Made by a program: the position numbers and the translations under genes. A stretch of DNA of 64,000 bases from Escherichia phage vB_EcoM_G2285: sequence record MK327933.1; one strand, written 5' to 3'. The notes below the pieces were generated by a model. That model did not search any database and was not told where the DNA came from. It saw only the letters and a list, made by a program, of their open reading frames with translations. The stretch's first letter is position 1; the number at the start of each line of letters is the position of its first letter. This document shows, piece by piece, positions 44,416-55,707 of the stretch.

Positions 44416-45006
44416 TTAACGCAAGGAAGGGTGTCTAGAAATGGATTTAGATTCGACCGCTTGACGTGGTTGTTGAGATACAATGACTTCACCATCCTTT
44501 TCTATCGTCATGTACGCATAGTGAATAGTTGCTACGCACGTAACGGCAGGGTCAGAATCTTCAGTGTAACTAAATTCAATTTCACTCAAATCAGAAATCC
44601 ATGGTTTATAGAAATTCGCCGTCAAAACTACTTCAGTCTTATTGTTGTTTAAAATGTGCAAAGTAACAAACTCAGGACCATCGGAGTGGGCCGTATTATG
44701 TCCGGTTATATAGTTATTAGTGCTGAGCATCCATTTATACATGTTCATCCAGGACGTCATGTCTTCATCAACTATAAATCGTACAACAAAAGGGTCATAT
44801 TCAAATGTGGTGCCTGCACGCATTGCACGTCCTAACCCCATTGTGCCTGTCACAGTTTCAACAACAGGAATTCTCACACCTGGCAATGGAGCCGTTTGGG
44901 CATTGAGCACAAAACCTGAAGTTCGTGTACTATCCGGGATATCCACAACAAAGTTTGTTATATTTGTTTGGTTAAAAATCTGTCTCGCTGGACGAGTCAT
45001 AAGCAC
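44416..45006 (-). CDS. 3: Tail completion / sheath stabilizer gp3
   Basis: 196 aa ORF (true start may be an internal Met); position between genes 1 and 2. Confidence 0.7.
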   Translation of the reverse strand: MLMTRPARQIFNQTNITNFVVDIPDSTRTSGFVLNAQTAPLPGVRIPVVETVTGTMGLGRAMRAGTTFEYDPFVVRFIVDEDMTSWMNMYKWMLSTNNYITGHNTAHSDGPEFVTLHILNNNKTEVVLTANFYKPWISDLSEIEFSYTEDSDPAVTCVATIHYAYMTIEKDGEVIVSQQPRQAVESKSISRHPSLR

Positions 45007-45102
45007 CTCAAAAACGCTTTAATAAAAATGCAGTATAATGGTTTTAGGTCTCTTCCATTAATCCGGTTCAACAGAATATCAGAAGAACGGAAGAGAATAG
45101 AA

Positions 45103-45924
45103 TTAAGATTTCCAAACAGTATTCGCAGAGAAACGTTTTCCTTTTGACATAAACTGCTGAGTAGGTAACATGATTATGTTAGCCCAGTCTTTAGGAGCTA
45201 TTTCTGTTATTGTTCCTCTAATGTGGCCTGGCAGGTATGCTTTAATCATTTTGTCAGCACCTTGAAATCCTTTCACCTTGCTCCAGTCTATCTTCAACTT
45301 TGTGTTATTAGTAATAGTAGTTGTGCTAGCATATTGCTTCAGCAATTCTTCAAGAAACTGTTGACGTGCTTTAGGTGGGATATAGTGCAAGTTTAACCCA
45401 TACATCAAATTATGTTTACCTAATCCTAAATAAATAATCAAAGGATATCGGTCCCAGTATGGCAGAGTATCTTTATGTTTAGCATCATACACGTAAGTAT
45501 AAATTTTGCCTGGCGTAGGCTTGACTACTTTATGACCTTTTACACTTTTCTTAATTGTTTCAATAAACCACTTAGATGATTTGTTGTTTACTGCTGCGCC
45601 TTCATTTCTAATCTTTTCTCGTATTGAACTGCGAAACGAGTTTATCATCAGAAGTTGACGTTCTTGCTTATTGAGTTTATTTTTAGGTTTAGATTCAAGC
45701 GTTTCAATTTTCTGTGCAGTCTTAATAGATGATGCATATCTAGACATTGCAGATGTAAACGACGAGTATTTTATTCCTTTTGATTCTGCAAATGCTTTTG
45801 CAGTGATTCCTTTCTCTTTAGCTTTCTTGTATTCTAATCCTATCTCAATCCATTTTCTTTCATTCATAGACTGAGCAATCTTAGGGGCTTGTACGCCTTC
45901 AGATATAATTTGGAATATGCTCAT
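45103..45924 (-). CDS. 2: DNA end-protector protein gp2
   Basis: 273 aa ORF; size and position match gp2. Confidence 0.75.
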   Translation of the reverse strand: MSIFQIISEGVQAPKIAQSMNERKWIEIGLEYKKAKEKGITAKAFAESKGIKYSSFTSAMSRYASSIKTAQKIETLESKPKNKLNKQERQLLMINSFRSSIREKIRNEGAAVNNKSSKWFIETIKKSVKGHKVVKPTPGKIYTYVYDAKHKDTLPYWDRYPLIIYLGLGKHNLMYGLNLHYIPPKARQQFLEELLKQYASTTTITNNTKLKIDWSKVKGFQGADKMIKAYLPGHIRGTITEIAPKDWANIIMLPTQQFMSKGKRFSANTVWKS

Positions 45925-45926
45925 AA

Positions 45927-46376
45927 TTACCCCTTGTATCCGAGTTTCCTAAGTCCATCTTCGGTTAGAACTCGAAATTTTATATTTCTCTTTTCAGCAA
46001 CAGCTGAGGCAGCTTTCCATTTGTCACAGTTCACAGACCACGTGTAGATTTCATTCATATAACGTTTCTTAGCCGCAGTTGTAAGATTCACCGGTTTAAT
46101 AGGTGGCTGAGTTTCTTTCTTTGGTTTTATTTCTACAAAGAACTCTTGACCTGATGCATCTTTCATCCATATGTCCATATAGTATCGACGTTTCTTACCT
46201 TCAGCATTACAAAAATATGGAATTACTGCTGTTTCACTACCCCATGCAATAATTTCTGGATTTTTATCCAACCATTCGAAAAAGAATTTTTCCCAGTTTG
46301 AACGATACGTTATTTTGGTATGGTCTCCACGGTATTTTTTTAAATTTTTTGGGACCCATTTACCAGAGTAGGCCAT
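45927..46376 (-). CDS. 4: Head completion protein gp4
   Basis: ORF 45927-46520; from [19 protein letters not shown] it is 150 aa; GGAG upstream and a minus-strand TATAAATA at 46403-46410. Confidence 0.8.
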   Translation of the reverse strand: MAYSGKWVPKNLKKYRGDHTKITYRSNWEKFFFEWLDKNPEIIAWGSETAVIPYFCNAEGKKRRYYMDIWMKDASGQEFFVEIKPKKETQPPIKPVNLTTAAKKRYMNEIYTWSVNCDKWKAASAVAEKRNIKFRVLTEDGLRKLGYKG

Positions 46377-46387
46377 GTTGTCCTCCT

Positions 46388-46395
46388 TATAAATA
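46388..46395 (+). promoter_or_regulatory. Late promoter TATAAATA for gene 53 and downstream baseplate genes
   Basis: Exact TATAAATA on plus strand 43 nt upstream of the gene 53 ATG. Confidence 0.55.
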
Positions 46396-46402
46396 GTATT
46401 AT

Positions 46403-46410
46403 TATTTATA
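46403..46410 (-). promoter_or_regulatory. Late promoter TATAAATA for gene 4 (divergent from the gene 53 promoter)
   Basis: Plus-strand TATTTATA about 27 nt upstream of the gene 4 ATG at 46376. Confidence 0.5.
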
Positions 46411-46437
46411 CCAATTTCATATTGGAAGGAGACTATC

Positions 46438-47013
46438 TTGTTATTTACATTCTTCGACCCAATAGGATATAGTGCTAAAACAGTTAATAAGAACGCACCT
46501 ACTATTCCTATGACAGACATATTTCGTAACTATAAAGAATACTTTAAGCGTGTTGCTGCCAATTATAGATTACGTTCTTATTATATTAAAGGCTCTCCGC
46601 GTCCTGAAGAACTAGCGAATATCATTTATGGCAACCCTCAATTATACTGGGTCCTTTTGATGTGTAATGACAACTATGATCCGTATTATGGTTGGATTAC
46701 ATCTCAGGAAGCAGCGTATCAAGCTTCTATTCAGAAATATGCTAATGCTGGCGGAGACCAAGTTCTTTATCATATTAATGAAAATCGTGAGAAATTTTAC
46801 AATTTAGTTTCATATCCGGACGAGCCTTTAGTGTGGTACGATAAAGGTGATGAAGCTCGTAAGTATCCGCAATATAAAGGACCTTTAGCTGCAGTAGATA
46901 CTTATGAAGCGGCAGTATTAGATAATGAAAAACTTCGTAAAATAAAAATTGTTGCAAAAGAAGATATAAACTCGTTTATCACAGATTTGATTCGTGAGAT
47001 GGAGATTGCATAA
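46438..47013 (+). CDS. 53: Baseplate wedge protein gp53
   Basis: 191 aa; MLFTFFDPIGYSAKTVNKNAPTIPMTDIFRNYKEYFKR... Confidence 0.9.
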   Translation: MLFTFFDPIGYSAKTVNKNAPTIPMTDIFRNYKEYFKRVAANYRLRSYYIKGSPRPEELANIIYGNPQLYWVLLMCNDNYDPYYGWITSQEAAYQASIQKYANAGGDQVLYHINENREKFYNLVSYPDEPLVWYDKGDEARKYPQYKGPLAAVDTYEAAVLDNEKLRKIKIVAKEDINSFITDLIREMEIA

Positions 47014-48746
47014 TGGAAATGATTAGCAGTAGCCTTAATTGGTTCGTTGGTGTTGTCGAGGACAGAATGGACCCATTAAAACAAGGGCGAGTTCGAGTTC
47101 GAGTCGTTGGTCTTCATCCGGCACAGAGAGCACAAGGTGATGTACAAGGTATTCCTACAGAAAAACTTCCATGGATGACTGTTATTCAACCTATTACGTC
47201 TGCGTCAATGTCAGGTATTGGTGGTTCTGTTACAGGTCCTGTTGAAGGAACTCGAGTATATGGTCATTTCTTAGACAAATGGAAAACAAACGGGATTGTA
47301 CTTGGTACATACGGTGGAATCGTACGTGAAAAGCCTAATAGACTTGAAGGTTTTTCAGACCCGACGGGCCAGTATCCACGACGTTTAGGTAATGATACGA
47401 ACGTATTAAACCAAGGTGGTGAAGCTGGTTATTATTCAAACTCTAACGTAATTCAAGATAACAACTTGGATTATGGTATAAACCCAGATGATACAGATTT
47501 AGCAAATATTCCAGAAGATGATGACCCTAATTTTACAATAACAGAAATGTTACGTCGTGACGAAGGTCTTCGTGATAAAGTGTATTGGGACCATCTCGGG
47601 TATCCTACAGTAGGTATTGGACACCTTATCGTAATGGAAAAGACCCGAGATATGTCTCGAATTAATAAATTGTTATCTGATCAAGTAGGGCGTGAAGTAA
47701 CAGGAAATCCCGGGACTATTACATTAGAAGAAGCAACAGCGTTATTTGAGAAAGACCTTGCTAAGATACAGAAAGACATTCGTTCTAATTCTAAAGTAGG
47801 TCCTGTTTATGCTAAAATGAACAGATCTCGTCAAATGGCATTAGAAAACATGTGCTTCCAAATGGGTGTTGGTGGTGTAGCAAAATTCAATACTATGCTT
47901 AAAGCAATGGCCGAAGGCGATTGGAAAACTGCATACAAATCTGGACGTGATTCATTATGGTTCCAACAGACTAAAGGACGCGCTTCACGTGTAACAACAA
48001 TTATTTTAACCGGTAACATGGAATCATACGGTGTTCCTGTTAAAACACCACCTTCACCAGGAGTTGGTGCTGATTTAGTTACTAGAAATACCGATCCAGA
48101 AGACCCGGCTGGTCCTCCTGTTCCATTAGATTCACGCATCCTTTTTAAAGAACCGGAATCAAGTTATCGTGGTGAGTACCCATATGTTCATGCTATGGAA
48201 ACAGAAAGTGGTCATATCCAAGAATTTGACGATACTCCAGGTAATGAACGTTATCGCTTAGTTCATCCAACAGGGTCATATGAGGAAGTTTCTCCGTCTG
48301 GGCGTCGTACTCGTAAAACTGTAGAAGACCTTTTTGACATCACTAATGGCGATGGGAACTTTTTGATTTCTGGCGATAAGCTTGTTAACGTTGGTGCTAA
48401 TGAAATATACTATAACATGGCAGACCGCCTCCATCAAATAGACGGCAATGACACAATCTTTATTCGTGGTAACCAAACTAAAACTGTTGAAGGCGATGGA
48501 ACTCTTTACGTTAAGGGTAATATCAAAATAGTTGTTGATGGAAATGCAGATATTCTTGTTAAAGGCGATGCTAAAACTCAGGTCGAAGGGAATCATGATT
48601 ACACCGTCAACGGAAACGTTAAATGGACTGTTAACGGTAATGTTGATATGACTGTTGCCGGGGATTGGGCAGAAACAATGTCTACAATGAGCTCAGTAGC
48701 TTCAGGACAATACACTGTTGACGGATCTCGTATTGATATTGGGTAA
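47013..48746 (+). CDS. 5: Baseplate hub and tail lysozyme gp5 (cell-puncturing device)
   Basis: 577 aa; N-terminal OB domain, central T4-lysozyme-like domain (MLRRDEGLRDKVYWDHLGYPTVGIGHL), C-terminal beta-helix repeats (VKGNIKIVVDGNADILVKGDAKT...). Confidence 0.95.
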   Translation: MEMISSSLNWFVGVVEDRMDPLKQGRVRVRVVGLHPAQRAQGDVQGIPTEKLPWMTVIQPITSASMSGIGGSVTGPVEGTRVYGHFLDKWKTNGIVLGTYGGIVREKPNRLEGFSDPTGQYPRRLGNDTNVLNQGGEAGYYSNSNVIQDNNLDYGINPDDTDLANIPEDDDPNFTITEMLRRDEGLRDKVYWDHLGYPTVGIGHLIVMEKTRDMSRINKLLSDQVGREVTGNPGTITLEEATALFEKDLAKIQKDIRSNSKVGPVYAKMNRSRQMALENMCFQMGVGGVAKFNTMLKAMAEGDWKTAYKSGRDSLWFQQTKGRASRVTTIILTGNMESYGVPVKTPPSPGVGADLVTRNTDPEDPAGPPVPLDSRILFKEPESSYRGEYPYVHAMETESGHIQEFDDTPGNERYRLVHPTGSYEEVSPSGRRTRKTVEDLFDITNGDGNFLISGDKLVNVGANEIYYNMADRLHQIDGNDTIFIRGNQTKTVEGDGTLYVKGNIKIVVDGNADILVKGDAKTQVEGNHDYTVNGNVKWTVNGNVDMTVAGDWAETMSTMSSVASGQYTVDGSRIDIG

Positions 48747-48749
48747 TAT

Positions 48750-49265
48750 ATGGCACAAATACTTCCTTTAAATACCGACTTAGGAGAAGACATGGAAGGG
48801 GCGTCTATTGAGGTCCTTTTTACTCCACAGTTAGAAACAACCGAAACTTTAGTGTCAATAAATATAACAGATTATGAACCGACACAAGGCATTACGGTAG
48901 ATGGTAATCGTTTATATGGAACATATGAAAGTGTGTTTAGCTTTTCTTCGGACGCATTGAAATACCGATTAAATGATGATTTTGAAACCGCATCTTCATG
49001 GGATGATTTACCAAAAGATGAGTCCACACAGTTATATTTGTGGAGAGCTCCTCAGAATCTTCGTAAAGTGTTTAGTTATACGGTTGAAATGATTTATAAC
49101 CACCAAGAAGAAAGTTCATCAGGCGGTTCTAGAAGTGACTCTGGTACAGAACCTCCACCGGCTCCAGTACAAAAAACTCTTACTAAGGTTTATACAAAAA
49201 CTATAGTAGGAAATTGGAGCAAATGGGCTCATCAATTACGAAACTATGTTTATGTGAGGCCGTGA
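48750..49265 (+). CDS. 5.1: Conserved baseplate-region protein gp5.1
   Basis: 171 aa ORF between 5 and 5.4. Confidence 0.6.
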   Translation: MAQILPLNTDLGEDMEGASIEVLFTPQLETTETLVSINITDYEPTQGITVDGNRLYGTYESVFSFSSDALKYRLNDDFETASSWDDLPKDESTQLYLWRAPQNLRKVFSYTVEMIYNHQEESSSGGSRSDSGTEPPPAPVQKTLTKVYTKTIVGNWSKWAHQLRNYVYVRP

Positions 49266-49267
49266 AA

Positions 49268-49561
49268 ATGTCTGGCTTAAGTTACGACAAGTGCGTTACA
49301 GCAGGTCATGAAGCATGGCCTCCTACTGTAATAAATGCTTCCCAATCTAAAGTGTTCACCGGCGGTATTCCTGTTCTTGTGGCAGGAGACCAAATAACAC
49401 CTCATACAGAAATTAAAAAACCATACGAGACTCATGGAGGTGTTACTGAACCTCGTACATCTAAAGTATACGTCACCGGTAAAAAGGCCGTTCAAATGGC
49501 TGACCCAATTTCATGCGGGGATACTGTTTCTCAGGCCTCGTCAAAAGTCTTTATAAAATAG
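49268..49561 (+). CDS. 5.4: PAAR-repeat spike tip protein gp5.4
   Basis: ORF 49214-49561; from [33 protein letters not shown] it is 97 aa. Confidence 0.8.
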   Translation: MSGLSYDKCVTAGHEAWPPTVINASQSKVFTGGIPVLVAGDQITPHTEIKKPYETHGGVTEPRTSKVYVTGKKAVQMADPISCGDTVSQASSKVFIK

Positions 49562-49569
49562 GAATTAAA

Positions 49570-51543
49570 ATGGCAAACACTCCTGTAAATTATCAATTAA
49601 CCAGAACAGCGAATGCTATTCCCGAGATTTTTATCGGGGGCACATTTGCCGAAATCAAACAAAACATTATCGAATGGCTTAATGGGCAGAATGAATTTCT
49701 TGATTATGATTTTGAAGGTTCACGCTTAAACGTATTGTGTGACCTTTTAGCATATAACACTCTTTACATCCAACAGTTCAGTAATAGTGCAGTGTATGAA
49801 AGTTTTATGCGCACTGCAAACTTGCGTAGCTCTGTTGTACAAGCGGCTCAAGATAACGGATATCTGCCTTCATCTAAATCAGCAGCACAAACAGAAATTA
49901 TGCTCACATGTACGGATGCATTAAATAGAAACTATATCACCATTCCACGTGGCACTCGTTTCTTAGCATACGCTAAAGATACTTCTGTTAACCCGTATAA
50001 CTTTGTTTCTACTGAAGATGTCATTGTAGTTAAAGACAAAAATAACCAATATTTTCCACGTCTTCGATTAGCTCAAGGACGTATTGTTCGTACTGAATTA
50101 ACATTTGATAGATTAAAACCTATCATTATTCGTGATAAGAATATTGACCGTAATTTGGTTAAGTTGTATGTTGACGGAGCAGAATGGATTAACTGGACTC
50201 GTAAGTCGATGGTTCACGCTGGTTCTACGTCAACAATCTATTATATGCGTGAAACAGTTGACGGGAACACCGAATTTTATTTTGGTGAAGGCGAAATCTC
50301 TATTAACACGTCAGAAGGTGCGTTAACGTCTAACTATATTGGTGGCCTTAAACCTGTTCAGGGTTCTAAAATCGTAATTGAGTATATTTCTACTAACGGC
50401 GCAGATGCTAACGGTGCTGTAGGATTTTCTTATGCTGATACATTAGCTAATATCACGGTAATCGATATTAACGAGAACCCTAGCAATAACCCAGACTTTG
50501 TCGGGGCCGACGGTGGTGGTGACCCTGAAGATATTGAACGTATTCGAGAATTAGGCACAATTAAACGCGAAACTCAACAACGTTGTGTAACCGCTTCCGA
50601 CTATGACACATTCGTCTCTGAACGGTTTGGTTCTATTATTCAAGCGGTTCAAACATTCACAGATTCATCTAAACCCGGGTACGCATATATTGCTGCTAAG
50701 CCTAAATCTGGATTGTATTTGACTTCTGTTCAACGTGATGATATCAAAAACTATTTGAATGATTATAACTTAGGGACTATTACACCTGTTGTTATTTCGC
50801 CTGATTATTTGTTTATCAAAATGAATATCAAAGTTACATACGCGTTGAATAAACTCCAAGAATCAGAACAATATCTTGAAGGGCAGATTATTAATAAAAT
50901 CGACCGTTATTATATTGAAGATGTAGAAATTTTTAACTCATCGTTTGCAAAATCTAAAATGCTAACTTATGTCGATGATGCAGATATTTCTATTATTGGT
51001 TCTTCAGCTACTATTCAAATGGTTCGCGAAGTACAAAACTTCTATAAAACGCCTGAGGCCGGTATTAAATACAATAATCAGATTAAAGATAGATCGATGG
51101 AATCTAATATATTCTCGTTTGATTCGCACAGACCTAATCCAGAAAATGCAAACGAAACTATTAAATATGGTGTTCGCATAGTATCTTCTGACCGTAATGA
51201 CCGTGGCATAGGTCAAGTTATTATTGGTCCATTTGCAGATGGCGATGTTGTTGAAAACGAAAATATACAACCTTATACAGGTAATGATTTTAATAAACTT
51301 ACTGTTACTGACGGACGAAACAAATACTATTCAATTGGTGAAGTGAATTATCCTGCCGATTCGATTTATTGGAACATTGCTAAAATTGACCTCACTTCAG
51401 ACCGTTTTGAAGTTCAAACAATTGAACTTTATTCCGACCCTGCAGATGATATTATTTTTACAAAGGATGGTTCTTTAATCGTATTCGAAAATGACTTACG
51501 TCCTCAGTACTTAACTATAGATTTGGAGCCTATTTCACAATGA
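49570..51543 (+). CDS. 6: Baseplate wedge protein gp6
   Basis: ORF 49513-51543; start placed at MANTPVNYQLTRTANAIPEIF (49570) with GGAAT upstream. Confidence 0.9.
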   Translation: MANTPVNYQLTRTANAIPEIFIGGTFAEIKQNIIEWLNGQNEFLDYDFEGSRLNVLCDLLAYNTLYIQQFSNSAVYESFMRTANLRSSVVQAAQDNGYLPSSKSAAQTEIMLTCTDALNRNYITIPRGTRFLAYAKDTSVNPYNFVSTEDVIVVKDKNNQYFPRLRLAQGRIVRTELTFDRLKPIIIRDKNIDRNLVKLYVDGAEWINWTRKSMVHAGSTSTIYYMRETVDGNTEFYFGEGEISINTSEGALTSNYIGGLKPVQGSKIVIEYISTNGADANGAVGFSYADTLANITVIDINENPSNNPDFVGADGGGDPEDIERIRELGTIKRETQQRCVTASDYDTFVSERFGSIIQAVQTFTDSSKPGYAYIAAKPKSGLYLTSVQRDDIKNYLNDYNLGTITPVVISPDYLFIKMNIKVTYALNKLQESEQYLEGQIINKIDRYYIEDVEIFNSSFAKSKMLTYVDDADISIIGSSATIQMVREVQNFYKTPEAGIKYNNQIKDRSMESNIFSFDSHRPNPENANETIKYGVRIVSSDRNDRGIGQVIIGPFADGDVVENENIQPYTGNDFNKLTVTDGRNKYYSIGEVNYPADSIYWNIAKIDLTSDRFEVQTIELYSDPADDIIFTKDGSLIVFENDLRPQYLTIDLEPISQ

Positions 51544-54500
51544 CAGTAAAAGCGCCAGCAGTCACAAGTCTCAGAATATCCAAGTTGTCCGCTAACCAAG
51601 TTCAAATACGCTGGGATGACGTTGGTGCTAATTTCTACTATTTCGTAGAAATCGCTGAGACTAAAACGGCCGACGGGGAAATAATTCCCCCTGCCGGCTA
51701 CAGATGGGTAAATTTAGGATATACTCCTAATAGCAACTGGTTCGAAAGTAGCTTAGACCCATTAACTTCTTATATTATTCGTGTATCAACTGCAGCCGAA
51801 GGCTTCGAGAGATCTGATTGGGTATATACCGAAATATTTGAATCATTTCAGACTAACGCGTATACATTTCAACATATGATTGAAATGCAATTGGCTAACA
51901 CTTTTATTAGAGAAAAATTTACAAATAACAACATGGCTTATGTCGATTTTAATAACGACACTATAATGGCAGCTCTAATGAATGAATCGTTCCAATTTAG
52001 CCCAGCTTATGCGGATATTTCATCTATTAAAAATTTCATTATTGGCGAAAATGAGTATCATGAAATTCAAGGTTCGATTCAACAGGTGTGTCATGATATA
52101 AACCGTGTTTATTTGATGGAATCCGAAGGAATTCTTTATTTGTTTGAACGATATCAGCCTGTGGTTAAAGTCTCTAATGATAAGGGACAAACCTGGAAAT
52201 CGGTTAAATTGTTTAATGACCGTGTAGGGTACCCTGTATCAAGAACAGTGTATTACCAGACAGGTTATACCACGTATGTTCTTGGGTATGATAAATTATT
52301 TTACGGCCGTAAATCAACTGACGTTCGTTGGTCTGCTGATGATGTGAGATTTAGTTCTCAAGATATAACATTTGCTAAAATTGGTGACCAGTTAAATTTA
52401 GGATTTGATGTAGAAATATTTGGTAACTACGCATCATTACCTGCTAACGTATCACGTATTGCAGAAGCTATCGTTTGCAACGACGATTATGTATACGTTG
52501 CTGCTCGAGATAAAGTTCGTTTTATTAAAACTAGTAATGCCCCTATTGATTCAGACCCGTTATCTCCGACATATTCCGAACGTTTGTTTGAACAAGAAAC
52601 ATTTAACATCACAGGTAACCCTAAGGCAGTTTGCTATAAAATGGATTCTGTTGGCGGTAAAATATTTGCACTGATTATCGGTGAAGTTGTTAATCTTAAT
52701 GACGACCCGAGGACCACTCCTATTGTTGATTCTGCTGATAAGGGCGTTTACGTTCTAGACCATGATGCTGGCACATTTAAACGTGTGTTTGGTAATACTG
52801 AAGAAGAACGCCGTCGTATTGAACCTGGGTACACCAGTATGTCTACTGATGGTGTTGAGTTATCTATTTCATCTAGTAATTTTAAATTTCTAGAATCGGA
52901 TATTGTTGATGACCCAAAAACACAAATCAAGTACGGTTTAATCGGTGCTGTTAAATATGAGTATCCTCGCGAATGGTTGGCTGATAAACATTATCATATG
53001 ATGGCATTTATTTCAACTGAAGACTCTCAATGGGAATCGTTCACTCCTCAACCGATGGAATACTATGCTGAGCCATTCTTTAGTTATTCTAGAAAGTCCG
53101 GTACTCGATGTTGGATTAATAACTCAGACAAGGCTGTTGTAATTTATTCTGATTTACTTTACACTAAGGTTATTGAGAATCATCCACTTAGTTCTTCAGA
53201 CCGTGAAGTTCATGAATATTGGAAGGACGGTGACTGTACAATAGTGATGCCTAACGTAGATTTCACCGGATTTAAAAAATATGCATCCGGCATGATTTTC
53301 TATAAATCATCAGGTGAGATTATTTCTTATTATGATTTTAGTTATCGTGTTAGAGATAATGTTTCTATAATTTGGAAGCCTACTAATATATTCTTAACAG
53401 CATCGTTACAAAACCAAGAAAAAGATACCACATGGACTCCTGTAGAAGAGAACGGTATTGCAGACCCAGATTTACGACCATTGCTCACTACAATGATGCC
53501 GGAGTCTTATCTTTTAGATAATACAAACTTCGAAGCATTCTGCGAGGCTTATATTCAGTATCTTTCTGATGGTTATGGGACCCATTATAACAACCTTTTA
53601 AATCTTATTAAAAATCAATATCCGCGCGAAGAACATGCGTGGGAATATTTATGGTCTGAGATTTATAAACGAAACATTTACTTAAACGCCGAAAAACGCG
53701 ATTTAGTGTCTCGTTTCTTTGAATCAAGAAGTTATGACTTCTATTCAACTAAAGGAACTGAAGCGTCATATAAATTCTTGTTTAAAGTGCTTTATAACGA
53801 AGATGTTGAAATTGAAATTGAATCTAGTTCCGGGACCGAATATGATATCATCATTGAATCTGATTCGTTGACAGAAGATTTGGTCGGGCAAACCATATAC
53901 ACCGCTACAGGACGTTGTAATGTGACGTATATCGAGAGAAGTTACTCTAAAGGTAAATTACAATGGACTGTAACAATTCACAACCTCTTAGGTCGTTTAA
54001 TCCAAGGACAGGAAGTTAAAGCTGAAAGACTTCCTGGTTTTGAAGGTGAAATTGTTCGTGGTATTAAAGGTAAAGAGCTTTCTCAGAACAACATCGATTA
54101 CATAAATCGTGGTAGAGCATACTACGTAATGAAGATTAAATCTAAACTTCCATCATCTCGTTGGAAATCAGACGTATTACGTTTTGTTCATCCGGTTGGA
54201 TTTGGATTTATCGCAATTACCCTTCTCACAATGTTTATTAACACCGGATTAACACTTAAACATGTTGAAACCATTATTAATAAATACAAAAACTATAAGT
54301 GGGATTCTGGATTACCGACTAAATATGCAGACCGAGTGGCTAAATTAGACCCACAAGGAAATGTTGAGTTTGACCCTATTACAGGTAAAGCGATATATGA
54401 AATAGGCCCTATGGCTGGTCAAGATTATCCATTACCTGAAGATTATAACGCTGAAAACAATAACTCCATATTTCAAGGTCAACTTCCATCGGAACGACGT

Positions 54501-54638
54501 AAACTGATGAGCCCATTATTTGATGCGTCCGGAACAACATTCTCTAGATTTAGAGATTTGGTTGAACAACGGTTAATCGATAATGTAGGAAATCCAAGAG
54601 ACCCCGTGAATCCACCACAGGTTAAATTAGATGAATGA
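51540..54638 (+). CDS. 7: Baseplate wedge protein gp7
   Basis: 1032 aa ORF (matches gp7 length), ATGA overlap with gene 6. Confidence 0.9.
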   Translation: MTVKAPAVTSLRISKLSANQVQIRWDDVGANFYYFVEIAETKTADGEIIPPAGYRWVNLGYTPNSNWFESSLDPLTSYIIRVSTAAEGFERSDWVYTEIFESFQTNAYTFQHMIEMQLANTFIREKFTNNNMAYVDFNNDTIMAALMNESFQFSPAYADISSIKNFIIGENEYHEIQGSIQQVCHDINRVYLMESEGILYLFERYQPVVKVSNDKGQTWKSVKLFNDRVGYPVSRTVYYQTGYTTYVLGYDKLFYGRKSTDVRWSADDVRFSSQDITFAKIGDQLNLGFDVEIFGNYASLPANVSRIAEAIVCNDDYVYVAARDKVRFIKTSNAPIDSDPLSPTYSERLFEQETFNITGNPKAVCYKMDSVGGKIFALIIGEVVNLNDDPRTTPIVDSADKGVYVLDHDAGTFKRVFGNTEEERRRIEPGYTSMSTDGVELSISSSNFKFLESDIVDDPKTQIKYGLIGAVKYEYPREWLADKHYHMMAFISTEDSQWESFTPQPMEYYAEPFFSYSRKSGTRCWINNSDKAVVIYSDLLYTKVIENHPLSSSDREVHEYWKDGDCTIVMPNVDFTGFKKYASGMIFYKSSGEIISYYDFSYRVRDNVSIIWKPTNIFLTASLQNQEKDTTWTPVEENGIADPDLRPLLTTMMPESYLLDNTNFEAFCEAYIQYLSDGYGTHYNNLLNLIKNQYPREEHAWEYLWSEIYKRNIYLNAEKRDLVSRFFESRSYDFYSTKGTEASYKFLFKVLYNEDVEIEIESSSGTEYDIIIESDSLTEDLVGQTIYTATGRCNVTYIERSYSKGKLQWTVTIHNLLGRLIQGQEVKAERLPGFEGEIVRGIKGKELSQNNIDYINRGRAYYVMKIKSKLPSSRWKSDVLRFVHPVGFGFIAITLLTMFINTGLTLKHVETIINKYKNYKWDSGLPTKYADRVAKLDPQGNVEFDPITGKAIYEIGPMAGQDYPLPEDYNAENNNSIFQGQLPSERRKLMSPLFDASGTTFSRFRDLVEQRLIDNVGNPRDPVNPPQVKLDE

Positions 54639-55635
54639 TTCAAGTGTTATCTATCGTGCAATAGTTACATCAAAATTTAGAACAGAGAAAATGCTGAATT
54701 TTTATAATTCAGTTGGGGATGGAGATGATAAGAACTCCATTTATATTACGTTTGGACGTTCAGAGCCTTGGGCGTCAAATGAAAATGAGGTGGGCTTCGC
54801 CCCACCTTATCCTACAGATTCTGTTCTTGGTGTTACTGATATGTGGACCCACATGATGGGTACCGTTAAAGTTTTACCTTCAATGTTAGATTCTGTTATT
54901 CCTAGACGTGATTGGGGAGATGTGCGATATCCAGACCCTTACACGTTTAGAATTAACGATATAGTCGCATGTAATACTGCTCCGTACAACGCGACAGAAG
55001 TTGGAGCCGGTTGGTTAATTTACCGTTGTTTAGACGTCCCTGACGTAGGGCTCTGTTCAATAGAATCTTTAGATAATAAAGATGAATGTCTTAAATTAGG
55101 TGGTAAATGGACTCCGTCTGTTCGTTCTATGTCTCCTCCTGAAGGCAGAGGCGATGCTAATGGGGTTATCGAAACCGGTGATGGATATATTTGGGAATAC
55201 CTTTATGAGATTCCTGCCGATGTGTCAATTAACCGTTGCACTAACGAATATCTTGTAGTTCCATGGCCGGAAGAAATTAAAGAAGACCCTACGCGTTGGG
55301 GATACGAAAATAACTTAACTTGGCAACAAGACGACTATGGCTTGATTTACCGTGTTAAAGCCAATACGATGCGGTTTAAAGCATATTTTGATTCGGTTTA
55401 TTTCCCTGAGGCAGCTTTGCCTGGTAACAAGGGTTTTAGACAGATATCAATTATCGCAAACCCGTTAGAAGCTAAGAAAAATCCAAATGACCCTAATGTT
55501 AAAGCAGAAAAGGATTATTACGACCCTAGAGACCTGCAGCGTCATTCCGGTGAAATGATTTATATGGAAAACCGACCACCTGTTATTATGGCAATGGACC
55601 AAACAGAAGAAATTAACATTTTGTTTATGTTTTAA
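54631..55635 (+). CDS. 8: Baseplate wedge protein gp8
   Basis: 334 aa ORF (matches gp8 length). Confidence 0.9.
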   Translation: MNDSSVIYRAIVTSKFRTEKMLNFYNSVGDGDDKNSIYITFGRSEPWASNENEVGFAPPYPTDSVLGVTDMWTHMMGTVKVLPSMLDSVIPRRDWGDVRYPDPYTFRINDIVACNTAPYNATEVGAGWLIYRCLDVPDVGLCSIESLDNKDECLKLGGKWTPSVRSMSPPEGRGDANGVIETGDGYIWEYLYEIPADVSINRCTNEYLVVPWPEEIKEDPTRWGYENNLTWQQDDYGLIYRVKANTMRFKAYFDSVYFPEAALPGNKGFRQISIIANPLEAKKNPNDPNVKAEKDYYDPRDLQRHSGEMIYMENRPPVIMAMDQTEEINILFMF

Positions 55636-55638
55636 TTA

Positions 55639-55662
55639 GGGAGCCTTCGGGCTCCCATTTTT
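55639..55662 (+). terminator. Rho-independent terminator after gene 8
   Basis: Hairpin GGGAGCCTTCGGGCTCCC followed by ATTTTTG. Confidence 0.6.
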
Positions 55663-55667
55663 GTATC

Positions 55668-55675
55668 TATAAATA
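55668..55675 (+). promoter_or_regulatory. Late promoter TATAAATA for gene 9
   Basis: Exact TATAAATA 33 nt upstream of the gene 9 ATG. Confidence 0.55.
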
Positions 55676-55707
55676 GAATATAATATCGGACAACAAAAGG
55701 CAGAATT

